A stretch of DNA of 64,000 nt. It comes from an uncultured Bacilli bacterium. Lineage in GTDB: Bacteria; Bacillota_I; Bacilli_A; RF39; UBA660. Shown one piece after another: positions 28,684 to 38,639 of the stretch. The translations under genes were made by a program, and so were the position numbers. The stretch is taken from contig CAKPPW010000001.1 of NCBI GenBank assembly GCA_934177995.1, positions 11,378-75,377 on the forward strand, read 5' to 3'. The notes under the pieces were generated by a model. It had not been told where the DNA came from. It did no database searches and saw only the letters and a program-made list of their open reading frames with translations. Each line of letters begins with the position of its first letter. Position 1 is the first letter of the stretch.

Positions 28684-28991
28684 ATATAATTTACACTCCC
28701 TTTTTTCTATATTAATTATACTTGTAAATGCTTATAAAATCAATGATTTAAAAAAGCACTCAAAAAAAACATCTTAAAAAAATAAAATTTATTTTCTTTA
28801 AAGTCCTTATAAATAAAGGGTGAAAGTAAAAATATGCTTAAAAGACATAAAATGTTTTTTTTAAATAAAAAATATGTAAATCGAACAAAAATAAAAATAT
28901 AAAAACAATAAAAACTATTGCATTTAACTAAAAATAATGAGTATAATCGAGTTGTCGAATGAATAAATAAGAAAACAAAGAGGTGTAAAAA

Positions 28992-31178
28992 ATGGCAAAA
29001 GTAAAAGAGGTAAAAAAAGAGAGAAAGGAAAAAAAGAATAGATATAAAAATCCACCTATTAATATTATAAAAAAGAATGGCACTAAGCAACCATTTGATG
29101 GTGAAAAAATAAGAAGTGCAATTGAAAAAAGTGCTGAGAGAGTAATGGTTGATTTAACTGATGAAGCAAAAGATGAAGTTGTTAATATTGTAATTGATTT
29201 ATTAAAAAATCAAACTAGTGATGCTGAAGTTAGTCAAATTCATAATTGTGTAGAAGCAGCACTAGAACAAGTTAATCCTTTAGTAGCTAAAAGCTATAGA
29301 GAGTATCGTAACTATAAGAATGATTTTGTACATATCTTAGATAAAGTTTATAAAAAAGCTCAAGCAATTAATTATATTGGAGATAAAGAAAACTCTAATA
29401 CTGATAGTGCTTTAGTATCTACCCAAAGAAGTTTAGTATATGGTAACTTAAATAAAGAACTATATAAGAAATTCTTCTTAACAAAAGCTGAGATAGAAGC
29501 TTGTGAAGATGGCTATATTTATGTTCATGATATGAGTGCTAGACGTGATACTATGAACTGTTGTTTATGTGATGTTGGAGCCGTCATGAGAGATGGTTTT
29601 GAAATGGGTAATTTATGGTACAATGAACCAAAGAGCCTTGATACTGCCTATGATGTTATGGGAGATGTAATTATCAATACAGCAGCTATGCAATATGGTG
29701 GTTTTACAGTACCAGAAGTTGATACTATTTTAACTCCATATGCTAAGAAAAGTTATAATAAGTATTATGATGAATATATGGAAATAACTAATAATGAAGA
29801 TCCAGAAAAAGCTGAAGAATATGCTTGGAAAAAGACAAGACGTGAATGTGAACAAGGTTATCAAGGAATTGAATATAAATTAAATAGTGTTGGTTCTTCT
29901 CGTGGTGATTATCCATTTGTAACTTTTACTTTTGGACATGAAGAAGATAGATTTGGACAAATGATTAGTGAAGTTATTTTAAAAACTCATCAAAAAGGAC
30001 AAGGGAAACCAGGATATAGAAAGCCAACTTTATTTCCAAAATTAGTATTCTTATATGATAAAAATCTTCATGGTGAGGGTGGCAAGATGCATTATCTATT
30101 TGAAGATGCTCTAGATTGTAGTAGTAAGACAATGTATCCTGATTACTTATCATTAACAGGGGAAGGATACGTTCCTTCAATGTTTAAGAAATATGGAAAA
30201 ATTGTTAGTCCGATGGGATGTCGTGCTTTCTTATCACCTTGGTTTGAAAGAGGGGGAATGGAACCAGCTGATGAAAACGATCAACCAATCTTTATTGGAA
30301 GATTTAATATTGGAGCTATTTCTTTAAATTTACCAATGATTTTAGCTAAGTCTAGGGAAGAACAAAAAGATTTCTATGAAGTACTTGATTATTATCTAGA
30401 AATGATTCGTAAGATTCATATTCGTACTTATAACTATCTAGCTAAGAAGAAAGCATCTACTAATCCACTTGCTTACTGTGAAGGAGGATTCTATGGAGGT
30501 AGATTAAAACCAAATGAGCCTATTGAACCAATTTTAAAATCATCTACTGCTTCTTTTGGAGTAACAGCTTTAAATGAATTACAAGAGTTATATAATGGTA
30601 AAAGTCTAGTAGAAGATGGTGAATTTGCTCTTGAAGTTATGAGATATATTAATGATAAGACGCAAGAGTTTAAAAAAGAAGATGGAATTTTATATGCTAT
30701 TTATGGAACACCAGCTGAAAGTTTATGTGGTACACAAGTTGAACAATTTAGAAAGAAATATGGTATTATTAAAGGAGTATCTGATAGAGAATATGTTTCT
30801 AATAGTTTCCACTGTGGTGTGTGGGAAGATATTACTGGTATACAAAAACAAGATTTAGAAGGAAGATTCTGGGAACTATTTAAGGGTGGACGTATTCAGT
30901 ATGTTCGTTATAACTTAAACTATAATAGAAAAGCGATGGAAACTTATGTTGAAAGAGCTATGGATAAAGGTTTCTATGAAGGAGTTAACTTATCACTTTC
31001 TTACTGTAATGTTTGTGGCCATGAGGAATTAGATATGGATACCTGTCCAAAATGTGGAAGTGATGACCTTACAAAGATTGATCGTATGAATGGATATTTA
31101 TCTTATTCAAGAGTACATGGTGATACGAGACTTAATCATGCTAAGATGGTAGAAATTTCAGAAAGGAAGAGTATGTAG
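28992..31178 (+). CDS. nrdD: anaerobic ribonucleoside-triphosphate reductase (class III RNR)
   Basis: ATP-cone N-terminus, C-terminal Zn ribbon CNVCG...CPKCG and glycyl-radical motif RMNGYLSY. Confidence 0.85.
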   Translation: MAKVKEVKKERKEKKNRYKNPPINIIKKNGTKQPFDGEKIRSAIEKSAERVMVDLTDEAKDEVVNIVIDLLKNQTSDAEVSQIHNCVEAALEQVNPLVAKSYREYRNYKNDFVHILDKVYKKAQAINYIGDKENSNTDSALVSTQRSLVYGNLNKELYKKFFLTKAEIEACEDGYIYVHDMSARRDTMNCCLCDVGAVMRDGFEMGNLWYNEPKSLDTAYDVMGDVIINTAAMQYGGFTVPEVDTILTPYAKKSYNKYYDEYMEITNNEDPEKAEEYAWKKTRRECEQGYQGIEYKLNSVGSSRGDYPFVTFTFGHEEDRFGQMISEVILKTHQKGQGKPGYRKPTLFPKLVFLYDKNLHGEGGKMHYLFEDALDCSSKTMYPDYLSLTGEGYVPSMFKKYGKIVSPMGCRAFLSPWFERGGMEPADENDQPIFIGRFNIGAISLNLPMILAKSREEQKDFYEVLDYYLEMIRKIHIRTYNYLAKKKASTNPLAYCEGGFYGGRLKPNEPIEPILKSSTASFGVTALNELQELYNGKSLVEDGEFALEVMRYINDKTQEFKKEDGILYAIYGTPAESLCGTQVEQFRKKYGIIKGVSDREYVSNSFHCGVWEDITGIQKQDLEGRFWELFKGGRIQYVRYNLNYNRKAMETYVERAMDKGFYEGVNLSLSYCNVCGHEELDMDTCPKCGSDDLTKIDRMNGYLSYSRVHGDTRLNHAKMVEISERKSM

Positions 31179-31751
31179 ATGAAATATCATAATGTAACAA
31201 AAGCTGATATGTTAAATGGTGAAGGATTACGTGTTGTATTATGGGTAAGTGGTTGTTCTCATAAATGTCCAGGCTGCCAAAATACTATTACGTGGAATCC
31301 TGATGATGGTGTTAATTTTGATGATGATACAATAAAAGAGATTTATCATGAGCTTGACCAAGATTGGTGTAGTGGACTAACTTTATCAGGAGGAGATCCA
31401 CTCTTTCTTGGTAATAGAAAAACAATTAGAGATTTAGTCATGAATGTTAAACAGTTATACAAAGATAAGACCATTTGGTGCTATACTGGATATACTTGGG
31501 AAGAATTAATCGCTCAAAGAGAAGTTGATAAAAATCTAGATGATATTTTAAATTGTATTGATGTCTTATTAGAAGGTAAATTTGTTATGAAACTTCATGA
31601 TGATAGATTACATTATGTAGGTAGTAGTAACCAACGTATAATTGATGTTAAGAAAAGTGTAGAAGAAGGAAGAGTCGTTTTATATATAGATAATAGCAAT
31701 ATAGGCGATAGTGATAAAGCAGCTGTAGTACAGTGTGCAGTAAATAGTTAG
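31179..31751 (+). CDS. nrdG: anaerobic RNR activating protein (radical SAM)
   Basis: GCSHKCPGCQN radical-SAM CxxxCxxC cluster. Start abuts the nrdD stop. Confidence 0.8.
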   Translation: MKYHNVTKADMLNGEGLRVVLWVSGCSHKCPGCQNTITWNPDDGVNFDDDTIKEIYHELDQDWCSGLTLSGGDPLFLGNRKTIRDLVMNVKQLYKDKTIWCYTGYTWEELIAQREVDKNLDDILNCIDVLLEGKFVMKLHDDRLHYVGSSNQRIIDVKKSVEEGRVVLYIDNSNIGDSDKAAVVQCAVNS

Positions 31752-31759
31752 GAGAAGTT

Positions 31760-32215
31760 ATGAAAACAAGAGGATTTGAAGTAGTTAAAGGATATGAAGA
31801 TAAGGATATACATTTGCCAGTAAGAGGAACTAAACATGCTGCTGGTTATGATATAGAAGCAGCAGAAGATGTAGTTATTCCTGTTTATGAAAAAGGAATT
31901 AAACCAACTTTAGTTCCTACAGGATTAAAAGCTTATTGTATGGATGATGAATGTATTTTCTTACTTAACAGAAGTAGTGGTCCAAAGAAAGGATTTGTTC
32001 TTGCTAACAGTGTTGGTTTAGTAGATTCTGATTATTATGGTAATGAAAATAATGATGGACATATTTACTTTGCTTTCTTTAACTGTGGTAAGGAAGAATT
32101 ACATGTTAAGAAGGGTGATGTAATTGGTCAAGCAGTATTTGAAAAATATTTAACTGTTGATAGTGATATTGCTGAAGGGGTTAGAAATGGAGGATTTGGT
32201 TCTACTGATAAATAG
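31760..32215 (+). CDS. dut: dUTP diphosphatase
   Basis: dUTPase motifs (AAGYDI, NRSSG, GLVDSDYYGN, GGFGSTD). Confidence 0.75.
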   Translation: MKTRGFEVVKGYEDKDIHLPVRGTKHAAGYDIEAAEDVVIPVYEKGIKPTLVPTGLKAYCMDDECIFLLNRSSGPKKGFVLANSVGLVDSDYYGNENNDGHIYFAFFNCGKEELHVKKGDVIGQAVFEKYLTVDSDIAEGVRNGGFGSTDK

Positions 32216-32282
32216 ACCAATTCTTTTTTTATGCCATAATAAAACATTAGCCTTTTGTCTTAGACTAATGTTTTTTTGTTTT

Positions 32283-35123
32283 CTAATCAATTGTTTCTGT
32301 ATCACCAGGATCAGTAGGATCTGTTGGACTTGTACTTCCGGTTATAGTAACTGTTATATTACCAGTTTCTTTAGTTTCACCATCATAACTAAATTTATAT
32401 TTTAAAGTATAAGTACCTGGTGTTGATAGAGTAGTGGTTGATAGTGATACACCACCTGGTCCAGTGATAGATGATAATTTCCAGTTACTAGTTTTACTAG
32501 TTACATCATTACCATTTTCTGTTACAGTAACATAATTACTAATATCAGATATATTATATGAGTTACCACTTATTGTCCTGTAAGTTACCTTTAAAGTAGT
32601 ACTTACTTTCTTTAATTCATAAGTAGCAGCATTACTTTTAATTCCATCATAACTCTTATAAGTAGCGATTACTTTATAAGTACCATATGGATTACTAGGA
32701 TTGGTTACAGTGAATGATGTATTACTAGTAAATCCTAATAATGTGTTATTAAAATATACATTGTAACCAAATGTTCCATAAGAGTTATTACTTGGTGGAG
32801 TAACTGCATCCCAAGAAAGACTAACTGAATTATTACTACTGTTATAAGTAGCTTTAAGATTAGTTGGAGCACTTAAATTACTTTCCTCCGTTTGCGTATT
32901 AGTAGGCTCACTACCTTTTTTGAAGTATTCATAAGTGACTGCTCCAGAATAACCTGCACCGGCAATTCTAGCTGGATTACTTCCTACAACTACCCCTAAT
33001 TTAACTACACTATTAGGCATTTTAAATTCTTCTTTATTCTTTTCGAATACTGAGTTAGCAATAGCGGTAAATAGTTTATCTCTTTGAATTGTACATCTTA
33101 AGTTATGACAATATAATCCTTGACTAACTAAATCTCTAGTTGTGTCTTTATAACCGTACCACATACCAATAACTGTCTTAGTAGTATAACCAACTACCCA
33201 TGAATCACGAATAGCATCATCACTCATACCAAGGGTTTGTCTTGTTTTTTGATCAAAGTTTGTAGTACCAGTTTTCATAGCAATTTTATCCATATTTCCA
33301 GTACCAATAAGAGTAACATCATCTAAGATGCTGGTAATCATATAAGCAGTAGCATCACTCATTGCTTGTTTTTTAGTACCTTCGTGTTTTTTCTCTTCCC
33401 CTGTATCTCTAAAGACTACTTTACTAACTGAATAAGGTTCATTATAGTATCCTCCATTTGAGAAAGCAGCATAAGCAGCAGCCATTTGTAAAGAGTTAAC
33501 ACCGGTGAAGGCTCCTAAAGAATGAGCTTCATGAATTTTACCATTTTCTATTTCTGGTTCAATTCCAAGGTTTTGGACAAATTCAATAATCTTTTTATTA
33601 TCTACTTGCTGGAAGGCTTTTAAAGCAGGTATATTTCTAGATAAAGACAAGGCTTTTCTCATAGTTATAGCTCCCATAAAGGTTCCATCCCAGTTGTTAA
33701 TTGATTTACCATTAGTATAAGAGTAAGGCTCATCAACAAACATTTTATAGCTACCATTATCATTATATCCATAGGTAGAAGCATTGTTGTATTCAATTAG
33801 TGGTCCGTAATCAAATAGTGGTTTTGCAGTAGAACCAGGCTGTCTTTTAATTTCGTCACTAGTAGCAAGATTTAGCTCTTTAGCACCTTTTTTATTACGA
33901 CCAGCTCCAATAGCAAGTATTTTACCAGTAGCACTATCTAGAACACTTACACCACTTTGAATAGTATCATTGGCCCATTCGTATGTTTCTCCATTCATTA
34001 CTTTGTCAACACCGTCTTGTTTTGATCTATCTAAGTTAGTGTATACTTTCATAGAGACTGTATATGGATCTGCTTTATATTTGGCAATACATTCATCTAC
34101 TACAGTATCGATATATCCTTGATACTTAGATAAACCATTTTGTGCAGATACATTGTAATCTACTAAAGATTCAATTGGAATATCACTAGCCATCTTTCGC
34201 TCATCACTTGTTATGTAACCGTGTCTTTCCATTAGATATAAAACAGTGTTACGTCTTCTAGTAACTGATTTAATATTATCAGTATTAGTTGGTTTATATA
34301 GGTTAGGGGCTTTAAACATTCCTGCTAGAACAGAAGCTTCTGCTAAGTTCAAATCACCAATATCTTTGTTGAAATAGGCAAGAGCTGCTTGTTTAACTCC
34401 ATAGATATTACCACCTAAGTTATGGTTATTTACATAAAACTCAATTATTTGTTCCTTAGTATAGTTCTTTTCAAGTTTAAATACTGCTAAATAAATATCA
34501 GTAAACTTTCTAATGATTCCTTTAATACCATGGTCATCAGCTGATGTAAATGAGTTTTTGATAACTTGCATTGATAGAGTAGAAGCACCACCAGCATCAC
34601 TGTGTCCTACTGCTTGTCCTAATGATGCCTTTAAAAATCTTGGAGCATCAAATCCGTTATGTTGAAAGAATCTTGAGTCTTCAGTAGCAACAATAGCATC
34701 TACTAATACTTCAGGTAATTCATCGTAAGTTACTTTTTCTCTCATTTCCGTTCCAAGTCGTTCAAATTCATTACCATCAATATCGTAAAGAATACTTGGT
34801 TCTTTCTCGTTTAACTGATTAACGTCAAACTTAGGGGCCTTAATAACTACATAAGCTAAGAATAAAATTCCAAGAAGCATTACTAATATACCTAAGGATA
34901 ATATAACAATTATTATGATATTAAGTATCTTTTTCTGCTTTGGCTTATTTTTAACTTTATCTAGTAGTCTAGCAAGACCAACTATTATTAAAATACCTAC
35001 TCCTAAGAAAACAGTTAATAACCAGCCTATAATAAAATAACTAATAATCATTAAGACTAAGAAGCATCCTAATAATATTAAGGTTAAATTACTATTAGAC
35101 TTTTGTGTTGTCTTTTTTTTCAT
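32283..35123 (-). CDS. ponA: penicillin-binding protein 1A (bifunctional transglycosylase/transpeptidase) with long C-terminal Ig/FN3-like extension
   Basis: N-terminal TM. GT51 motifs (EDSRFFQHNGFD, RKFTD) and transpeptidase motifs (SGTAKP region 'GSTAKPL', SLSRN, KTGTT). About 250 aa of S/T-rich beta-rich C-terminal tail. Confidence 0.85.
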   Translation of the reverse strand: MKKKTTQKSNSNLTLILLGCFLVLMIISYFIIGWLLTVFLGVGILIIVGLARLLDKVKNKPKQKKILNIIIIVILSLGILVMLLGILFLAYVVIKAPKFDVNQLNEKEPSILYDIDGNEFERLGTEMREKVTYDELPEVLVDAIVATEDSRFFQHNGFDAPRFLKASLGQAVGHSDAGGASTLSMQVIKNSFTSADDHGIKGIIRKFTDIYLAVFKLEKNYTKEQIIEFYVNNHNLGGNIYGVKQAALAYFNKDIGDLNLAEASVLAGMFKAPNLYKPTNTDNIKSVTRRRNTVLYLMERHGYITSDERKMASDIPIESLVDYNVSAQNGLSKYQGYIDTVVDECIAKYKADPYTVSMKVYTNLDRSKQDGVDKVMNGETYEWANDTIQSGVSVLDSATGKILAIGAGRNKKGAKELNLATSDEIKRQPGSTAKPLFDYGPLIEYNNASTYGYNDNGSYKMFVDEPYSYTNGKSINNWDGTFMGAITMRKALSLSRNIPALKAFQQVDNKKIIEFVQNLGIEPEIENGKIHEAHSLGAFTGVNSLQMAAAYAAFSNGGYYNEPYSVSKVVFRDTGEEKKHEGTKKQAMSDATAYMITSILDDVTLIGTGNMDKIAMKTGTTNFDQKTRQTLGMSDDAIRDSWVVGYTTKTVIGMWYGYKDTTRDLVSQGLYCHNLRCTIQRDKLFTAIANSVFEKNKEEFKMPNSVVKLGVVVGSNPARIAGAGYSGAVTYEYFKKGSEPTNTQTEESNLSAPTNLKATYNSSNNSVSLSWDAVTPPSNNSYGTFGYNVYFNNTLLGFTSNTSFTVTNPSNPYGTYKVIATYKSYDGIKSNAATYELKKVSTTLKVTYRTISGNSYNISDISNYVTVTENGNDVTSKTSNWKLSSITGPGGVSLSTTTLSTPGTYTLKYKFSYDGETKETGNITVTITGSTSPTDPTDPGDTETID

Positions 35124-35694
35124 TTTTTACCTCCAAAATATTATCTATAATACTTAGATAATCTATTCTAGGCCGAAGGCCTTCTTTTAAAAGATATCCT
35201 TGCTTTACAAAATAATCATGTGGTATAGATTTTCTTTCTTCCTTATTTATATAATTCTGTAAATCAGTATTCATTAGTATATAAGTTTCCGAAAGAGTTG
35301 TAAAGCGGACAATTAGAAAACCAATTCCCCCAGCATTTGAAATATTTTCTAAATGTTTAAGTTGGTGAAGATGAATATTAGCAAGAGGAAATGATGTTTT
35401 ATTCTTTGTTTCCTTTGCTTCAAAGTCAATGTAATAGCCTTTATAAATACCATTATAGTCAGTAGTAGAAGGTTCCATATAAAAAGCTTCTTTAATAATA
35501 GCACTTTTTCCTTTAAATTCTACTTTACTAACTTTTATTGGAGTAGGTTTTTTATAGATATAAGCTATATTCTTTTCCTTATAATAGTGGTTTGATTGAT
35601 TTAGGTCATCTTCTAAATTCATTCCACGATTTTTATAATTAATAAGATGGTTATTCGTCTTTTTTATTCCACCGGGATAATTCATTTCATTCAC
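35095..35694 (-). CDS. recU: Holliday junction resolvase RecU
   Basis: RecU family similarity. Overlaps the ponA start by 29 nt, as in the Bacillus recU-ponA operon. Confidence 0.75.
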   Translation of the reverse strand: MNEMNYPGGIKKTNNHLINYKNRGMNLEDDLNQSNHYYKEKNIAYIYKKPTPIKVSKVEFKGKSAIIKEAFYMEPSTTDYNGIYKGYYIDFEAKETKNKTSFPLANIHLHQLKHLENISNAGGIGFLIVRFTTLSETYILMNTDLQNYINKEERKSIPHDYFVKQGYLLKEGLRPRIDYLSIIDNILEVKNEKKDNTKV

Positions 35695-35761
35695 CTAGTA
35701 TATATTATATATCATTTCATTTGCTTTTTCTATCTTTTAAATATAAAAAAATAGGATTTAC

Positions 35762-36448
35762 CTATTTTTTCTTCTTCATTTGATATATTTTTACTCCTTG
35801 ATTCTTCTTAGTTGTTGGACTACAATAGTTAATCATTTCATCTACTAATGGTATCTCACTAGAAATTAGTCCTGTTAAAGTAGCATATTTGTCTTCTAAA
35901 TTTAATATAGTATTATGACACAAGTCTCTTTCCTCATTTAATCTAATATTAGTCCCTTTTCCTCCTCTATAAAAATACTTTTTATTTTCAAGATTTGAAT
36001 ATTTAAAAGAAACTTCATCATTACCAAACCAACAGATAACCTCACCATCATTTTCGATTGTTCTAATACGATATTTGCTATTTCCTTTTTTATCTTTTAC
36101 CATTCGCATAGAAAAGTTTATATCTTGGTTTTCTATATCACCGGTTTGAATGTGATCAACTACATAATCATCTTCATTTTGTCTTAGACTAATAGCAGTA
36201 TCTTTTCCTTTAATACGAACTCTATTATTATCATCTTGTAAAAGAAGAACTTCCTCTTTTTTTCTACCTTTTCGCATAGTAATCCAACCATCTTCCACAG
36301 TTATAGTTTTTCCTAACATAGAAAACAATTCTTTACTTTCTTCTTTTTTTAAAAAATTATCTAAACGAACCATTATATTTTTCGCTTCCATATATATTAA
36401 CCCTCCCAAAGTAATATCAATTATAAATATATTTTTTTTCTTTGTCAA
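35762..36448 (-). CDS. hypothetical protein
   Basis: 228 aa with no recognised domain. Sits where ypsA-type genes sit in the Bacillus gpsB locus but does not look SLOG-like. Confidence 0.3.
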   Translation of the reverse strand: MTKKKNIFIIDITLGGLIYMEAKNIMVRLDNFLKKEESKELFSMLGKTITVEDGWITMRKGRKKEEVLLLQDDNNRVRIKGKDTAISLRQNEDDYVVDHIQTGDIENQDINFSMRMVKDKKGNSKYRIRTIENDGEVICWFGNDEVSFKYSNLENKKYFYRGGKGTNIRLNEERDLCHNTILNLEDKYATLTGLISSEIPLVDEMINYCSPTTKKNQGVKIYQMKKKK

Positions 36449-36659
36449 ATAAAGTAATGCTTTGTCGAATTAGTTGTCTAATAATTAAAAAATATGTAGA
36501 ATAAAATTGAGGTGAGAGAGATGAAAAGTCAAGATGTAATTGTATGTTTAAATTCTATGATTGAAAATATTTCTATTGCTAAAAAAATTGATGTATTAAT
36601 AAGGTTGAAACAATTGACAAATAAGTAGTTTTACTGCTAGAATATAGTATGTAAAGGGA

Positions 36660-37007
36660 TTGGTGATAAATATGTATCAAAACAAAATTACACTTACACC
36701 ACAAGAAATCTTAGAGAAAGATTTTAAGATTGATACTCGTGGATACAGATTAAAAGAAGTTGATGAATTCTTAGATATGATAATTTCTGATTATGAACAG
36801 TTTTATAAAATAATCGAAAGTATGGAAAAAGAAAAAACTGAATTATTAAAAGAAATTATGTCCTTAAAACAAGAATTAAGAAATGTTTCAATGGATGCTG
36901 AAATAGCAAAAAATTCTAAATCAGATACAATGGAAATCACTAATTTGGATATTTTAAGAAGACTTAGCAATTTAGAAAAAGCAGTATTTGGTAAAGACAG
37001 CGAATAA
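36660..37007 (+). CDS. gpsB: cell-cycle protein GpsB (DivIVA-domain)
   Basis: TPQEILEKDFKIDTRGYRLKEVDEFLDMIISDYEQ is the DivIVA/GpsB N-domain. Conserved position next to rnpB. Confidence 0.8.
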   Translation: MVINMYQNKITLTPQEILEKDFKIDTRGYRLKEVDEFLDMIISDYEQFYKIIESMEKEKTELLKEIMSLKQELRNVSMDAEIAKNSKSDTMEITNLDILRRLSNLEKAVFGKDSE

Positions 37008-37346
37008 TACTTGGGCAAGTGCTAGGGTAACCTAGAGGAAAGTCCATGCTCGCACTATCTGTGATGATAGTAGTGTTCGTGCTTAGGGAAAAAATAACCT
37101 AAGGTAGATTTATTCTAACGGCAAAACTTTATCTAAAGGATTAATCCCATGATGAAGTGATAACGTGCCACAGAAACGATACTTTTGGAAACGAAAGGGT
37201 GAAACGAGGTAAACCCCACGAGCGAGAAACCCAAATTTTGGTAGGGGAGTCTCCATGAAAGAAAGATAATGGATTGGAGGACTAGTAATAGTAGATAGAT
37301 ACTTGCCACCTAGTAGTAGGTACAAAACATGGCTTATAAAGTATTA
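37005..37346 (+). ncRNA. rnpB: RNase P RNA, type B (Bacillus-like)
   Basis: GAGGAAAGTCCATGCTCGCAC, AGTGTTCGTGC, GTGCCACAG, GGTAAACCCC, CGAGCGAGAAACCCAAATTTTGGTAGGGGA and ACAAAACATGGCTTA all match B. subtilis rnpB. P1 pairing aatactt/aagtatt defines the ends. Confidence 0.9.
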
Positions 37347-37372
37347 TTATTTTGTTGGAACTGAGGTTGATT

Positions 37373-37882
37373 ATGAAAGAATTAGGAGAATACTTAAAGG
37401 AAACTAGAATAAAACATGGTGTTAGTCTAGAAGAAGCAGCCAGTGATTTAAATGTTTCTACTGATTTGCTTGAAAACTTAGAAAGTGCTAATACTAAAGC
37501 CTTTAAAGATGTCTATGATATAAAAAAAATAATAAAAGAATATGCTAAGTACTTAGGACTTGATGAAGTAAAGGTCCAAGATGAGTTTAATGATTTTTTA
37601 TTTGAACATACTTCTAAGATTTCTTTAGATGATATAATGGAAGCTAAAAAGAAAAAAGAAGAAGATGATGCAAAGAAAGAGAAGAAAATATCATCTCCTT
37701 ATACAAAAGTATATAAACGAAAGAAAAAGAAATTACCTATAATAATAGGGATTATTATTTTTGTCTTTTTTGTTGTGATTGCGGTTTTATTAATTAAAGA
37801 TAAAACTAAGAAACCTGTTATTAATAGTGAATTGAAAGGAAGTAGAAAATATGAATACACCAACAAAGTTAACTGTAGCTAG
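37373..37882 (+). CDS. RodZ-like HTH (XRE) membrane protein
   Basis: N-terminal HTH_XRE (LGEYLKETRIKHGVSLEEAASDL), a Lys/Glu linker and a single TM, upstream of pgsA as for Bacillus ymfM/rodZ. Start set after rnpB. Confidence 0.5.
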   Translation: MKELGEYLKETRIKHGVSLEEAASDLNVSTDLLENLESANTKAFKDVYDIKKIIKEYAKYLGLDEVKVQDEFNDFLFEHTSKISLDDIMEAKKKKEEDDAKKEKKISSPYTKVYKRKKKKLPIIIGIIIFVFFVVIAVLLIKDKTKKPVINSELKGSRKYEYTNKVNCS

Positions 37883-38453
37883 AATATTTATGACTATAGT
37901 TATGATTTTTATGCTACTATTTCCATTCTATGATGTTGGTATTAATATGCCTAGCTTTTTAGTAGGCGGTGTTTATGTTAAGTTAGAATACTTAATTGCT
38001 GGAGTAATATTTGTAATAGCAAGTGTTACTGATTTTCTAGATGGTTATTTAGCTAGAAAGAATAATGAAGTGACTGATCTTGGTAAGATGTTAGATGCTA
38101 TTGCTGATAAAGTTTTGGTAAATAGTGCTTTAATTATTCTTGCTAGTAAAGGTTTTATTTTAACTCTTATTCCCGTTATTATTATCTTTAGAGATACTGT
38201 TGTTGATGCTATGAAAATGGAAGCAGCAAGGAAAGGAAAAGTAGTAGCAGCTATTTCTAGTGGAAAGATTAAAACTGCTAGTATGATGGTAGGAGTTACT
38301 TTAACTTTCTTTTATAACTTACCATTTGAAATGATTAATATAAGGGTTAGTGATTTCTTCTTATATTTTGCTACTATTATGTCAGTTGTTTCTATGTGTG
38401 AGTATTATAAACTTAATAAAAATTTAATTTTACCAGCTAAGGAAAAAGCCTAA
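37851..38453 (+). CDS. pgsA: CDP-diacylglycerol--glycerol-3-phosphate 3-phosphatidyltransferase
   Basis: CDP-alcohol phosphatidyltransferase motif DFLDGYLARK...DAIADK. Conserved rodZ-pgsA-(cinA)-recA order. Confidence 0.8.
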   Translation: MNTPTKLTVARIFMTIVMIFMLLFPFYDVGINMPSFLVGGVYVKLEYLIAGVIFVIASVTDFLDGYLARKNNEVTDLGKMLDAIADKVLVNSALIILASKGFILTLIPVIIIFRDTVVDAMKMEAARKGKVVAAISSGKIKTASMMVGVTLTFFYNLPFEMINIRVSDFFLYFATIMSVVSMCEYYKLNKNLILPAKEKA

Positions 38454-38550
38454 TTTTGGGCTTTTTTTGTTTGAATTTATTAAATTCAGTGATTCTTTTT
38501 AGGGAAAATAATAAATTCGGGTGAAAATTAGTCTGAAAATGGCAAATTAT

Positions 38551-38566
38551 AACAAACGATTGTTCG
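38551..38566 (+). promoter_or_regulatory. Cheo-type LexA (SOS) box upstream of recA
   Basis: AACAAACGATTGTTCG, i.e. AAAC-N4-GTTC with one mismatch to GAAC-N4-GTTC, just upstream of the recA promoter. Confidence 0.5.
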
Positions 38567-38576
38567 AAAATTTATC

Positions 38577-38605
38577 TTGACATTTAAAATTTCTACTTAT
38601 AAAAT
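38577..38605 (+). promoter_or_regulatory. sigma-A-type promoter of recA
   Basis: TTGACA, 17-nt spacer, TAAAAT. Confidence 0.5.
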
Positions 38606-38639
38606 GAGTATATAGATGTTTGCACGAGGAGGAAAATTT

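Noticed and set aside
28740-29090. 116-aa minus-strand ORF in the nrdD-like/nrdD intergenic region
   Set aside because: Extremely low-complexity F/L/Y composition from an A/T-rich promoter region, and it overlaps the nrdD start.
30652-30858. 68-aa alternate-frame ORF inside nrdD
   Set aside because: Internal out-of-frame ORF within a strongly conserved gene.
32157-32405. 82-aa ORF spanning the dut 3' end and the ponA 3' end
   Set aside because: Overlaps two convergent real genes and their terminator region; C/F-rich nonsense composition.
36521-36628. 35-aa ORF (MKSQDVIVCLNSMIENISIAKKIDVLIRLKQLTNK) in the gpsB upstream region
   Set aside because: Too short and without a recognisable RBS or family; the region more likely holds the gpsB promoter (TTGACA ... 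TAGAAT).
37110-37325. 71-aa minus-strand ORF
   Set aside because: Lies entirely within the RNase P RNA gene.
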